A DNA stretch of 64,000 nt from assembly GCA_964016885.1 (NCBI GenBank), contig OZ024745.1:1798001-1862000 (forward strand), in the 5' to 3' direction. Origin of the DNA: Eledone cirrhosa (lineage: Eukaryota). Of the stretch, positions 63,302 through 64,000 are shown piece after piece. How positions within the stretch are numbered: position 1 is the stretch's first letter; every line of letters starts with the position of its first letter. Position numbers and translations under genes: made by a program. The notes beneath the pieces were generated by a model. It ran no database searches and had not been told where the DNA came from. It saw only the letters and a list, made by a program, of their open reading frames with translations.

Positions 63302-63405
63302 TGAAGATGAAAGACGGGACATATTAGATGTAGCAGAAGTTATGTGATATTTGTAGTAGAAGCATGACGATAGTGTGAGAAGTTGGAGAGTCTTAATGAA
63401 TGTTA

Positions 63406-64000
63406 TTGATGGACCTGTGACTCGTGAGGGAGTCGGAGGGAGGTCATACTGACATTGGATGGACCTGTGACTCGTGAGGGAGTCGGAGGGAGGTCATACT
63501 GACATTTGATGGACCTGTGACTCGTGAGGGAGTCGGAGGGAGGTCATACTGACATTGGATGGACCTGTGACTTGTGAGGGAGTCGGAGGGAGGTCATACT
63601 GACATTTGATGGACCTGTGACTCGTGAGGGAGTCGGAGTGAGGTCATACTGACATTGGATGGACCTGTGACTCGTGAGGGTGTCGGAGGGAGGTCATACT
63701 GACATTTGATGGACCTGTGACTCGTGAGGGTGTCGGAGGGAGGTCATACTGACATTGGATGGACCTGTGACTCGTGAGGGTGTCGGAGGGAGGTCATATC
63801 GAGATTTGATGGACCTGTGACTCGTGAGGGTGTCGGAGGGAGGTCATACTGACATTGGATGGACCTGTGACTCGTGAGGGTGTCGGAGGGAGGTCATACT
63901 GACATTTGATGGACCTGTGACTTGTGAGGGAGTCGGAGGGAGGTCATACTGACATTGGATGGACCTGTGACTCGTGAGGGAGTCGGAGGGAGGTCATATT
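63406..64000. repeat. 50-bp satellite GATGGACCTGTGACTCGTGAGGG(A/T)GTCGGAGGGAGGTCATACTGACATT(G/T), running off the window
   Basis: About 12 units at exact 50-bp spacing. Confidence 0.97.

Noticed and set aside
19368-63304. Very long ORFs on both strands: extensin-like YTPPPPPLYNSLAV (minus) and poly-Val CTQLGCYK (plus)
   Set aside because: A 42-bp unit with triplet slippage keeps frames open automatically. Both strands show stops and frameshifts, with no signal peptide, unique domain or clear synonymous bias. Only proteomics or ribosome profiling could revive this.

Overview
Eukaryotic (animal) repeat-dominated DNA with no recognisable host gene. The tRNA-derived SINEs resemble, from memory, the abundant Octopus/coleoid SINE heads, so an octopod origin is an inference and is not proven. 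1-10.2 kb: a cluster of five Tx1/L1-clade non-LTR retrotransposon copies from at least three subfamilies. One has intact ORF1 and ORF2 and four are 5'-truncated. Every copy ends in GTG(G/A)C(A/T)AATAAA(A0-2)GAAA and abuts a (TATC)n microsatellite in the same relative orientation, which points to (TATC/GATA)n-specific targeting. Their 3' UTRs show covarying hairpins. 7.5-14.1 kb: SINEs and 24/28-, 29-, 37- and 11-bp minisatellites; the 29-bp array is an amplified Pol III A-box segment inside a SINE. 14.5-16.1 kb: within (TA)n tracts lie a 61-bp-arm fold-back and a truncated Penelope-like element (GIY-YIG endonuclease, inverted pseudo-LTRs carrying minimal hammerhead motifs). 16.5-64 kb: a 27-bp (GGT)n-composite satellite, a ~44-kb 42-bp (GTG)n-composite satellite with kb-scale higher-order duplications, and the start of a 50-bp hairpin satellite with strict 100-bp dimer periodicity. 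The long satellite ORFs are judged non-coding artefacts.
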